From Leptospirillum sp. (GTDB taxonomy: Bacteria > Nitrospirota > Leptospirillia > Leptospirillales > Leptospirillaceae): DNA of 64,000 nucleotides. The DNA is taken from NCBI GenBank assembly GCA_027315205.1, contig DAHUYM010000005.1, forward strand, positions 7,638 to 71,637, written 5' to 3'. The notes under the pieces are model-generated. The model was not told where the DNA came from, did no database searches, and saw only the letters and a program-made list of their open reading frames with translations. The position numbers and the translations under genes were made by a program. Below are positions 47,586 through 56,097 of the stretch, piece after piece; positions within the stretch are counted from its first letter, which is position 1; every line of letters starts with the position of its first letter.

Positions 47586-48901
47586 TCGGAAGAGGGGTCG
47601 AGAATCCGGGTAATCCAGACTCCGGGGAACCGGGCTTGCGCGTCTTCGCTTTCGTCCTTCGCGATAAAAAGAATCTGCCGGCTGTCCGGTGAGAAGGAAG
47701 GTCGGCAACTGGTCAGACGGGAAGACGAATCCACCGGGGCCAGTTTGACCGGTGGACCTCCATGAACGTACTGGAGAACCGGTTCCGTCGGCCAAGTCCA
47801 GAAAGGCTTCGCGTCGGGCTTGGTGCGAAGATAGACGAAGCTTTCCCCGGATGGCGCCCAAACGGGGTACAGGTTATATCCGGTCTTGACCACGGTCCGC
47901 ATTTCACCATCGGGCGAATCCATGATCGATAGTCCTCTCCCACCTGCCTCCAGGTGGGTTTCGAAGAGGATCCGACCTTTCTCCTGGGCGGCGATCGGGT
48001 AGAAGAACTCCTGGTGGTCGGTCAGCGTGTCCGCGTATCCCGTGCGGGGGTCGACCCGATGGACGGAATATTTTCGGGACGATTTCTGGGCCCGATTATC
48101 CCTGGTATGAAAGAGGATCGAACGGCCGTCGGGAGTCCAGGTGAAATGGTCGAGATGCTCGCTCGTCCGGAAAATCTCCCGAAGGGTTCTGGTTTCCGGA
48201 TGATAGGCGTAAAGAAGGCACTCTTCCTTGTACTTTCCTTCGCGGAATCGGACGAGTGCCACGACAAGATCCTCGACGGGGGACCAGTGGAAATCGCCCA
48301 GTTCCTCATCCATGTGGCGCTTGTCCGCCGGCCAGTCGATCACGTTGACGGGATTCGAGCCTTCGAATTCGGAAATCACGAGCTGGTCCGCAAGGATCAT
48401 CCTCTTCGTCTTTTTCCAGAGGAAACGGCGCTCGTAAGGTTTCCATCTTTGCCGGGTGTTCATGGCCAGGTACTTTCCCGAAGGCGAGATCTCGACCGTG
48501 TTGACCCGGTATTCCTCGACCGCAAAGGGCATCCGGATGACCTGTGCGGTTGCAAGATCCGCCCTGTACAGGCTCCAGAGCGGGCCGATCGACTCCCAGG
48601 CGGGGTCGTCGTAATGGAAATACAGGTAACGGCTGTCCGGGGACCAGACGGGAAGGAGGTCCAGGTATCCCCTGCCCCTTTCCCGATAGTTCAGGACGAC
48701 CATGTCCCCCTTCACGTCCAGGAGTTCCTTTCCGGTTCCGGACTCGATCACCGACAGGCACCCGAGGTCCCTGAGCTCGTTCAAGGCATCCGGATCGGTC
48801 AGCCGGACATAGGAGATCATCCTCCCGTCCGGGGAAAACCGGGGAAGCAGAATTTCCACCTTGCCCGGGACCAGTTTTTCCGTTTCGATTTTTGCAGCCA
48901 T
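47582..48901 (-). CDS. PD40/TolB-like beta-propeller repeat protein without signal peptide
   Basis: 439 aa. Repeated ...SPDG/SPSG/TPDG... + ...Y.. blades (FSPDGRMISYV, WSPDSRYLYF, ISPSGKYLAM, WTPDGRSILF, FSPDSRQILF). The N-terminus is hydrophilic. ATGA overlap with the helicase start. Confidence 0.7.
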   Translation of the reverse strand: MAAKIETEKLVPGKVEILLPRFSPDGRMISYVRLTDPDALNELRDLGCLSVIESGTGKELLDVKGDMVVLNYRERGRGYLDLLPVWSPDSRYLYFHYDDPAWESIGPLWSLYRADLATAQVIRMPFAVEEYRVNTVEISPSGKYLAMNTRQRWKPYERRFLWKKTKRMILADQLVISEFEGSNPVNVIDWPADKRHMDEELGDFHWSPVEDLVVALVRFREGKYKEECLLYAYHPETRTLREIFRTSEHLDHFTWTPDGRSILFHTRDNRAQKSSRKYSVHRVDPRTGYADTLTDHQEFFYPIAAQEKGRILFETHLEAGGRGLSIMDSPDGEMRTVVKTGYNLYPVWAPSGESFVYLRTKPDAKPFWTWPTEPVLQYVHGGPPVKLAPVDSSSRLTSCRPSFSPDSRQILFIAKDESEDAQARFPGVWITRILDPSSE

Positions 48902-48934
48902 TTCAGTTTCTCCTTCCCGTGGTCTGGCCCACTC

Positions 48935-50752
48935 TTATTCGACCGTCACCGACTTGGCCAGATTCCTGGGCTGATCCACGTCGTTTCCCAGCATGACCGC
49001 GACACGGTAGGCCAAGTATTGAAGAACGGCCGCCGCCTGAAAAATGCCGGTCGATGCGGATTCGTGCGGAAGATCCACTTTGTCGTCGTACCAGACGCCT
49101 CTCTGCGACTCCTCGATATCCGGACCGAGGGCGATCACGTATCCTCCCCGGGCCCGGATTTCGCGGAGGTTCGAGACTTCCTTCGTCCTCAGCGAGCTGT
49201 CGATCATCGGCGCCACGATGGTCACCCCGGGCTCGACCAAAGCGATGGGCCCGTGCTTCAGTTCTCCGGACGGATAGCCGTCCGCGGGCCTGTACGTGAT
49301 CTCCTTGAACTTAAGCGCCCCCTCGAGGGAAAGAGGATAGTCCAACCCGCGCCCTGCGAACAGGACGAGGGTCGACTGGCGGATCCGGTCAATCACCGGG
49401 TCGAACCGTTCGGACACCATCGACTCCAGGAAAGACTCAAGTCTTACCGGCACCCGGAGGAGGGATTCGATCCTCTCCATAGAAACATGTCCGGGGGAAA
49501 GGGCCAGGGACATGAGAAGCAGGATCGCGACCTGTGCCTGGAAGGCTTTTGTCGACGCCACTCCGATCTCCGGTCCCGCATGGGTCAGCAGGCAGGCCCC
49601 CGATTCCCGTTCCATCGTGGAGCCTGGGACATTGGTGATGCCAAGGGTCTTGTATCCCGTCTTGCGGGCCGCCTCGATCGCCCCCAGAGTATCGGCCGTC
49701 TCACCGCTCTGGCTGATCCCCACGATCCAGCCCTCCCGGGACGACAGGATCGGACGGTACCGGAACTCGGACGCGATTTCCACGGAAACGGGTATACCGG
49801 TGGCCGCCTCGATGAAGAGCCGGCCGAGAAGCGCCGCGTGCCACGATGTGCCGCAGGCGACCATCGTGATGGATCCGGGGCGTTCTCCCAAGGCTTCCAG
49901 AAGCTCCGGCAAGGCACGGTCTCCCACGATCCTCCCTGAAAACGTGTCCATCACCGCCCGGGATCCCTCGAAGATTTCCTTTTCCATGAAATGGCGGTAT
50001 GTCCCTTTTTCCGCGAAAAAGGGGTCCCACGAAACGGTCGAGAACTCCGGGGTCTTCCATTCGGACGGAGGATCGAGAAGCTTCCCGACCTTCACGCTCC
50101 CGTGGCGGATGAAGGCGATCTCTCCGTTTTTCATCGAATAGACCTGACGCGTAAAATGGAGGAAGGCCGGGATATCCGACGCGGCAAAGGCCTCTCCCTC
50201 TCCGACTCCGATCAAAAGGGGCGCTCCCTGGCGAACGACCACCAAATCCGAGGGATGGTCCCGGGATATGATGGCCAGGGCATAGCTCCCCTCCACCCGG
50301 GAGAGTGCGGCCTGCACGGAAGACGGAAAGTCGGATCCGGCCCTGTATGCGGAAGAGACGAGGTGAGCCAATACTTCGGTGTCGGTATCCGAGTCGAACC
50401 GGACCCCCTCCCGACGAAGCTCTTCCTTCAGGGCCTGCTCGTTTTCCACGATCCCGTTGTGAACGAGAACGATCGGTCCCGACTGGTGGGGATGCGCGTT
50501 CTGGACGGTCGCTGCCCCGTGGGTGGCCCAACGGATATGTCCTATGGCGGACCCGGGGTGACCTTCCTCCTTGCCGACCCGATCTTTCAGGGCCGAGATC
50601 TTTCCGGTCGTCCGGATCACGTGGATCTCGTCCGAGTCGTCGAAAAATGCGACTCCGCTGGAATCGTACCCCCGGTATTCCAGGCGTTCGAGCCCCGACA
50701 GGAGAATCGGCAACGGCGGACGGGCGCCGGAATACCCCATGATTCCGCACAT
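48935..50752 (-). CDS. glmS: Glutamine--fructose-6-phosphate aminotransferase
   Basis: MCGIMGY (Cys2 nucleophile), two SIS domains, and the C-terminal ...AKSVTVE. Confidence 0.95.
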   Translation of the reverse strand: MCGIMGYSGARPPLPILLSGLERLEYRGYDSSGVAFFDDSDEIHVIRTTGKISALKDRVGKEEGHPGSAIGHIRWATHGAATVQNAHPHQSGPIVLVHNGIVENEQALKEELRREGVRFDSDTDTEVLAHLVSSAYRAGSDFPSSVQAALSRVEGSYALAIISRDHPSDLVVVRQGAPLLIGVGEGEAFAASDIPAFLHFTRQVYSMKNGEIAFIRHGSVKVGKLLDPPSEWKTPEFSTVSWDPFFAEKGTYRHFMEKEIFEGSRAVMDTFSGRIVGDRALPELLEALGERPGSITMVACGTSWHAALLGRLFIEAATGIPVSVEIASEFRYRPILSSREGWIVGISQSGETADTLGAIEAARKTGYKTLGITNVPGSTMERESGACLLTHAGPEIGVASTKAFQAQVAILLLMSLALSPGHVSMERIESLLRVPVRLESFLESMVSERFDPVIDRIRQSTLVLFAGRGLDYPLSLEGALKFKEITYRPADGYPSGELKHGPIALVEPGVTIVAPMIDSSLRTKEVSNLREIRARGGYVIALGPDIEESQRGVWYDDKVDLPHESASTGIFQAAAVLQYLAYRVAVMLGNDVDQPRNLAKSVTVE

Positions 50753-52158
50753 CAGGGAGTTTCCCCTTTCCCCTCGTCCTTGGTCCTGCTGCGGAATTTA
50801 TCCCCGCTCCCCTCGCGGTTCTCCTGTGGAACCCGGGAGACGGCGAGGGCACCCGGGGGAACGTCCTCGGTGATCGTGGATCCCGCGCCGATTACCGCAC
50901 CGTCGCCGACCGACACCGGTGCGACGAACTGGGTATCGCTCCCCACGAACACGTCCTTGCCGATCCGGGTTTCGTGCTTTTTCACGCCGTCGAAGTTGCA
51001 GGTGATCGTTCCCGCCCCGAGATTCGAACGCTCCCCGACCTGGGCATCCCCCACGTAACTCAGGTGGTTGACCTTCGCCCCCCGCCCGATCCGCGCCTTC
51101 TTGATTTCGACGAAGTTGCCGACATGGGCTTTCGATTCGAGGTGAGAACCGGGACGAAGATGGGAAAAAGGACCCACGACGGCGCTCTCTTCGATGACAG
51201 AATCGGCCAGTACCGAATATCCTTTGATCGTCGCCCCGGACCCGACGCGCACATTCCTGAGATGGCATCCCGGGCCGATCCGGCATCCTTCGGCAATCGA
51301 TGTCTCGCCTTCGAGAATGACACCCGGGTAGAGCACCGTTCCCGGGCCGACCATCACTCCGGGGCCGATGAAGGTCGACAACGGATCCCAGAACGTGACC
51401 CCCTGGGACATCCAGTGGGCATTGATCTTTCGATGAAGGATGCGGGCGGCATCCGCCAGCTCTTCCTGGGTGTTCACGCCGAGCACCGATTCGGGTCCCG
51501 CCGAAAAAGACCGGACCGGGACGCCGTCCTCAGAAGCCAGGGCAAAGAGAGAGGTGAGGAACCGTTCTCCTTTTTCCGGGTGGGGCTTGATACGGGAGAT
51601 CGACCGTTCGAGGAAGCGTTTCGAGACGCAGTAGATTCCGGCGTTGATTTCCCGTATCGCGCGGTCGCTGGCGTCGAGATCGACCCATTCCCGAACTTCG
51701 ACGACCTCGCCTTTCTCGTCCCGTATCACCCTGCCGTATCGCCCGGGTTCTTCGAGTTCGGTCGCAACGAACCAGAACGCATCAGGTTCCGACTGGGCAG
51801 TCGTCATGAACCCTCCCAGGAGGGCTTCGGAGATGAGGGGGGCATCCCCGTTCAGCGTCAGGAGGTGTGTCGCCCGTCCGTTCTCGAAATCCGGCGAAAG
51901 AAAGACCGCTTCGAGAGCCCCAAGCGTCCCGTCCATCGTATGCTGATGGATCCAGAGGACTCCGTCGGGCAGTGTCGTTTCGATCGAATCCCTGCCGGCG
52001 ACGGCAAAGATCGCACGGGCGGGTGGATTCATCCTGCAAACGGCATCGTAGGGGTAGCGGATGAGCGGCTCCCCCAACAACGGGGTGGCCATTTTGGGAA
52101 CCGGGGAACGCATCCTCGTCCCGTGTCCAGCGGCGAGGATCGCGGCATCGAAAATCAT
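50752..52158 (-). CDS. glmU: Bifunctional UDP-GlcNAc pyrophosphorylase/GlcN-1-P acetyltransferase
   Basis: LAAGHGTRM plus C-terminal hexapeptide repeats. TGATG junction with glmS. Confidence 0.9.
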   Translation of the reverse strand: MIFDAAILAAGHGTRMRSPVPKMATPLLGEPLIRYPYDAVCRMNPPARAIFAVAGRDSIETTLPDGVLWIHQHTMDGTLGALEAVFLSPDFENGRATHLLTLNGDAPLISEALLGGFMTTAQSEPDAFWFVATELEEPGRYGRVIRDEKGEVVEVREWVDLDASDRAIREINAGIYCVSKRFLERSISRIKPHPEKGERFLTSLFALASEDGVPVRSFSAGPESVLGVNTQEELADAARILHRKINAHWMSQGVTFWDPLSTFIGPGVMVGPGTVLYPGVILEGETSIAEGCRIGPGCHLRNVRVGSGATIKGYSVLADSVIEESAVVGPFSHLRPGSHLESKAHVGNFVEIKKARIGRGAKVNHLSYVGDAQVGERSNLGAGTITCNFDGVKKHETRIGKDVFVGSDTQFVAPVSVGDGAVIGAGSTITEDVPPGALAVSRVPQENREGSGDKFRSRTKDEGKGETP

Positions 52159-52856
52159 CGGGCCAACTCCACGGGCTCCGCGGAAGGCTCGCCATGAGCC
52201 GGCTCGGCGGAGACGAGTGACAGGTCGGGAGGCATCGAAAGGCCTCCGGACAGGATCAGTTTCATTCCCTCCTCGATCGAAAGTTCGGTGACCATCACCT
52301 TGTCCGGAGGGAGGAACGCCTGGACACCAATGTAGAGGTTGTTGCTCGGAAAAAAGACCGACGCATGGGGTTCGGCCCGATTCCCGAGCCGGGTCCAGCC
52401 GGTCAGGAAACCCATCGTGTACACGCCTTCTTTCGGGTATTCCGCGAGCACGACCTTCTTGAACCCCGTGGAACCGTTCGGGGAAAACGATTCCATCACC
52501 GTTTTCAGCGTGGCATAGAGCTTCTTGAAAACCGGAATCCGGCTCATGAGGGTTTCGGCCCCCCGCAGCACCCGGTTTCCGAGCACGTTGGTGGCGATGG
52601 TCCCGACCCCGAGGATGATGAGGATAAGGATGACGACCCCCAGTCCGGGAAGGGTCCGTCCCCAGAACCGGATGAGGAGGGGATCGAAAAATGAGTCCAG
52701 GAAGTCGAAGATCCTGAAAAAAATGTAGAGAGAAAGGGCTGCCGGCAGGACGATGACGAGACCGGTCAGGAACCGGGTGCGTAGCGAGCTTTCAATGCGC
52801 TGCTTCTTTTTCTGTAACCATCCCACTCTATACAACTCCCTGCTGCCGGGTCCCAA
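52155..52856 (-). CDS. DUF502 family membrane protein
   Basis: ...RFLTGLVIVLPAALSLYIF...GLGVVILILIILGVG...IPVFKKLY... ATGA overlap with the glmU start. The exact start is uncertain (GTG at 52826 is possible). Confidence 0.75.
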   Translation of the reverse strand: MGPGSRELYRVGWLQKKKQRIESSLRTRFLTGLVIVLPAALSLYIFFRIFDFLDSFFDPLLIRFWGRTLPGLGVVILILIILGVGTIATNVLGNRVLRGAETLMSRIPVFKKLYATLKTVMESFSPNGSTGFKKVVLAEYPKEGVYTMGFLTGWTRLGNRAEPHASVFFPSNNLYIGVQAFLPPDKVMVTELSIEEGMKLILSGGLSMPPDLSLVSAEPAHGEPSAEPVELAR

Positions 52857-53037
52857 GGGGATTGCCGGGCTCTCCGGCGCACCGACCCAGATATTTTACC
52901 CGTTTAACGGAGATCCTGCAAGGAATTCCCGGGATCCAAAACGTTCCTTCCGGTCACGGGAACCCCCCCTTTTTGATAGGATAACCCGGAACCGGGTCCC
53001 CAAACACCACGACATCACCGATCAAGGAGACTCCTTA

Positions 53038-53880
53038 ATGTCTGCCAAGAGTAAGATTCTCAGACTCGCGTCTCTCCCTATCGCGACTCTCTACATGGTA
53101 TCTCTTTTTTTCCTTTTAGGGATGGGGGAGGCAAAAGCGGATTCGACGGATCTGTTCGACCCGGGCAAGGACCCCCCGTACGAACTGGATATTCTAACAG
53201 GGTACTACAACTGGAATTATCAGGAGTCCGGGGACAGCGATTCGGCGGGAATGGTCCCTGTCCGGGGGCGGTTCCTCGGATACTGGCACTCCCTGGTCTA
53301 CGGGCTGGATGGGATGTATGCCTCGACGTTCAACGGCATGTACAACGGGGCGCTGCAGGGTGGAACTCCCTTCTCGGGTCCCATGGCGGAAACGATGGTA
53401 CAAGGGTCCCTCCACCTGGGCGTGACCCACGTATTTTACGGAACCCGATGGGATCTCTGGGGGTCCGTCGGATACCACCAGCAGATCTGGATGACGCCCG
53501 CTCCGGCCGGATACGAAGAGATCTACAGGATCCCGTTTCTGGGCGTCACCCTCTACTCGCAGTCGCCTCTTGCATCTTCAATAGTGTTTTTTTCCGAGAT
53601 CGGCTACAGGTCGGCCTTTTCACCCAGCGTCACTGTGGGCCTCTACGATAACCCGACCCTGAATCTCGGAGGGGCGTGGAACACCCACGGCAGGATCGGT
53701 ATCCGGTACTATGTCGCCCCGCCGGTCGCCCTTTCACTGGCGTTCGCCTACAGTGGCTGGTCGTTCACCCAGAGTCCGGTCACGCCCATTCCCAACTCGA
53801 ATCCGGCCGTTTCCATCCAGGAACCCGACTCCACGACCACCTGGTGGGGCCCCGAAATCGGCGTGACCCTGAACTTCTGA
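53038..53880 (+). CDS. Putative outer-membrane beta-barrel protein
   Basis: Trimmed to ATG 53038, which has an AAGGAG RBS. Signal peptide (...FFLLGMGEAKA), alternating aromatic/Gly beta-strand pattern, and a C-terminal ...GVTLNF ending in Phe. Confidence 0.6.
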   Translation: MSAKSKILRLASLPIATLYMVSLFFLLGMGEAKADSTDLFDPGKDPPYELDILTGYYNWNYQESGDSDSAGMVPVRGRFLGYWHSLVYGLDGMYASTFNGMYNGALQGGTPFSGPMAETMVQGSLHLGVTHVFYGTRWDLWGSVGYHQQIWMTPAPAGYEEIYRIPFLGVTLYSQSPLASSIVFFSEIGYRSAFSPSVTVGLYDNPTLNLGGAWNTHGRIGIRYYVAPPVALSLAFAYSGWSFTQSPVTPIPNSNPAVSIQEPDSTTTWWGPEIGVTLNF

Positions 53881-53906
53881 CCTTCCGGCCCCCACCGGAT
53901 TCCGAA

Positions 53907-54971
53907 TCAGACCCAGGCGACCGGATAAGGTGGAGGCGGGGCGACGGGATCACCGAATTTCTTGGCGGCACGCCACGCCCAATAGGGATCCCTCAGGAAT
54001 TCCTTCGCCAGGAACACGGCATCGGCTTCTCCGTTTTTCAGAATGGCTTCGGCCTGTTCGGGGTCGGTGATCATTCCGACGGAACCGACGAGCATGTCGA
54101 CCTTCTTCCGGATCTGGTCCGCGAAGGGCACCTGATATCCGGGTCCCACCGGAATCTTGGCGTCCGGCATCAGTCCTCCAGTCGATACGTCGACCAGGTC
54201 CACTCCGATCTCCTTCAATGCCCGGGCCAGGACGACGGAGTCGTCCACGGTCCACCCTCCTTCGACCCAGTCCGTCGCGGAAATGCGCACGAAAAGGGGA
54301 TAACGGTCCGGCCATACCCCCCGCACTTCGCGAGCGACCCGCAGAGGAAACCGCATGCGGTTTTCGATGGTTCCGCCGAATGCGTCGTCCCGCCTGTTGG
54401 ACAGGGGGGAAAGGAACTCGTTCAAAAGATACCCGTGCGCCATATGGACTTCGAGAACCCTGAAACCGGTTTCGAGGGCCCTGTGCGCTGCCGCGACAAA
54501 ATCCCGGGCGACCTTTTCCATGCCGTCCCCGTTCAGGGGTTCCGGAACGGTCGAGGCGTCATTGAACGGAACGGGAGAAGGCGCCACGGGAACCCATCCC
54601 CCACCCCCGGGAGACAACGGTCTTCCGCCCTTCCATGGCCGGTCGACACTGGCCTTTCGTCCGGCATGGGCGATCTGGATACCCGGAACCGCCCCGTGAT
54701 CTGAAACAAACTCGACGATCGGACGGAACGCGTCCGCCTGTGGACGCTCCCAGAGTCCCGTATCCCACGGAGATATCCGACCTTCGGGAGAGACGGCCGT
54801 GGCCTCGACCATGACGAGACCCGCTCCTCCGACGGCACGCGACCCCAGGTGGACCATGTGCCAGTTGGTGGGCCGACCGTTTTCCGCCCTGTACTGGCAC
54901 ATTGGAGACATAAAAATCCGGTTCCTGAACGATATCCCTTTAATGGTCCAGGGGGTGGTCAACATACTCAT
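53907..54971 (-). CDS. NADH:flavin oxidoreductase, Old Yellow Enzyme (YqjM/NamA-like)
   Basis: Trimmed to ATG 54971, which has an AGGAG RBS. ...MSPMCQY..., QIAHAGRK, HMAHGYLLNEFLSPLSN. Confidence 0.9.
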   Translation of the reverse strand: MSMLTTPWTIKGISFRNRIFMSPMCQYRAENGRPTNWHMVHLGSRAVGGAGLVMVEATAVSPEGRISPWDTGLWERPQADAFRPIVEFVSDHGAVPGIQIAHAGRKASVDRPWKGGRPLSPGGGGWVPVAPSPVPFNDASTVPEPLNGDGMEKVARDFVAAAHRALETGFRVLEVHMAHGYLLNEFLSPLSNRRDDAFGGTIENRMRFPLRVAREVRGVWPDRYPLFVRISATDWVEGGWTVDDSVVLARALKEIGVDLVDVSTGGLMPDAKIPVGPGYQVPFADQIRKKVDMLVGSVGMITDPEQAEAILKNGEADAVFLAKEFLRDPYWAWRAAKKFGDPVAPPPPYPVAWV

Positions 54972-55085
54972 GGACAGGATCTCCTTTAAAAATCTTCGTT
55001 TCTGCACTATATGCCCTCCCCACCGGACTTGGCGTCCGAAGGGGGAAACATCCTTGAAGTCTTGCAACGACCGTTTCGGGGCGGA

Positions 55086-55544
55086 TTACTTCCGGGAACC
55101 CAGACGGCCGGCGATGAGGCCGTCGACCGACCACTTTCCGCCGCCGGCGACGAGCAGCGCCAGGGACATCGTGATGACCAGCAAATGGTATTCGTATCCT
55201 TCTCCGGCCTGCTTGCCGAACCAGTTCATGAAGAAGCCGTTCGGCAGGTGGACCAGCATGATGGCTCCCAGCATGATCAGGATATACCCCGCGGCCACGA
55301 AACGCGTCATGAATCCAAGGATCATCGCCACGCTACCCAGAGATTCCCCCAGAATCACGAGAACGGTAACGGGCACGGGTATATGGAGGGCACGGGAGAA
55401 AAAACCTATGGTCGCACTCCATCCGAACCCCCCGAACAGTCCCAGGAGCTTCTGGAACCCGTGTGGCAGGATCACCGCACCCAGACCGACGCGCGTGATG
55501 AACGGTCCCGTGAGGGAAGAGGTTTGGAAAAATCGCTTGAACAT
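55086..55544 (-). CDS. DoxX-family membrane protein
   Basis: ...RVGLGAVILPHGFQKLLG... with 4 TM segments. 152 aa. Confidence 0.85.
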   Translation of the reverse strand: MFKRFFQTSSLTGPFITRVGLGAVILPHGFQKLLGLFGGFGWSATIGFFSRALHIPVPVTVLVILGESLGSVAMILGFMTRFVAAGYILIMLGAIMLVHLPNGFFMNWFGKQAGEGYEYHLLVITMSLALLVAGGGKWSVDGLIAGRLGSRK

Positions 55545-55554
55545 GTTGGCTCCT

Positions 55555-56052
55555 TTATGTTTTTTTGTTCGAGGTCTCTTCGAACGTTCGAAAGCCGTCG
55601 CGGAGTTTTATGAGGAGACGCCTGAGCGTTTCGGTCTCTTCCCTGGTCAGGAACCGGTCGAAAAAGGGTTTCAGATAGGAGAGGTGTTCGGGGAAAACAC
55701 GCCGGTACGTCTCCTGCCCCTTTCCGGTCAGCCGGATGATGCGGATCCGTCGGTCCCCCGGATCGGACTCGCCCACGATCAGGCCCTTTTTCGTCAGGCG
55801 GTCGAGCACGCCCGTCAGGGTCCCTTTCGTGACGAGCGTTTTCTCGGACAGCTCGCGGCAACACATCCCGGGGGTGTCCCCCAGGGTCACGATCACATCG
55901 AACTGTCCGCTGGTCAGTCCCAACCGTTCTATATGGCGGTCGGATTCCCGGTTAAAGGCCAGATAGGCCTCGACCAGCGGGCGCAGGACGGCGATGCAGG
56001 GTTCGTCGGGCAATGTGTCCGGTTCAGCCGGACCAGAAAAGGAAGTCGGCAT
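55555..56052 (-). CDS. MarR-family transcriptional regulator
   Basis: ...LGLTSGQFDVIVTLGD....CCRELSEKTLVTKGTLTGVLDRLTKKGLI....DPGDRRIRIIRLT.KG... is a wHTH. Confidence 0.85.
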   Translation of the reverse strand: MPTSFSGPAEPDTLPDEPCIAVLRPLVEAYLAFNRESDRHIERLGLTSGQFDVIVTLGDTPGMCCRELSEKTLVTKGTLTGVLDRLTKKGLIVGESDPGDRRIRIIRLTGKGQETYRRVFPEHLSYLKPFFDRFLTREETETLRRLLIKLRDGFRTFEETSNKKT

Positions 56053-56064
56053 GGATCCTCCGTT

Positions 56065-56097
56065 TAGTCCTAGTTAGGATATAACTAACTAGGACTA
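56065..56097. promoter_or_regulatory. Perfect 13-bp inverted repeat (TAGTCCTAGTTAG-N7-CTAACTAGGACTA), probable MarR operator
   Basis: Read directly. It lies 13-45 nt upstream of the marR start, just upstream of its GGAGG RBS. It overlaps the stop codon (56085-56087) of the upstream GGDEF-EAL gene, so it may also act as a transcript-end hairpin. Confidence 0.55.

Noticed and set aside
47954-49939. 661-aa plus-strand ORF.
   Set aside because: It is antisense to the PD40 propeller gene and glmS (unambiguous MCGI...SIS...VTVE). This is a shadow frame.
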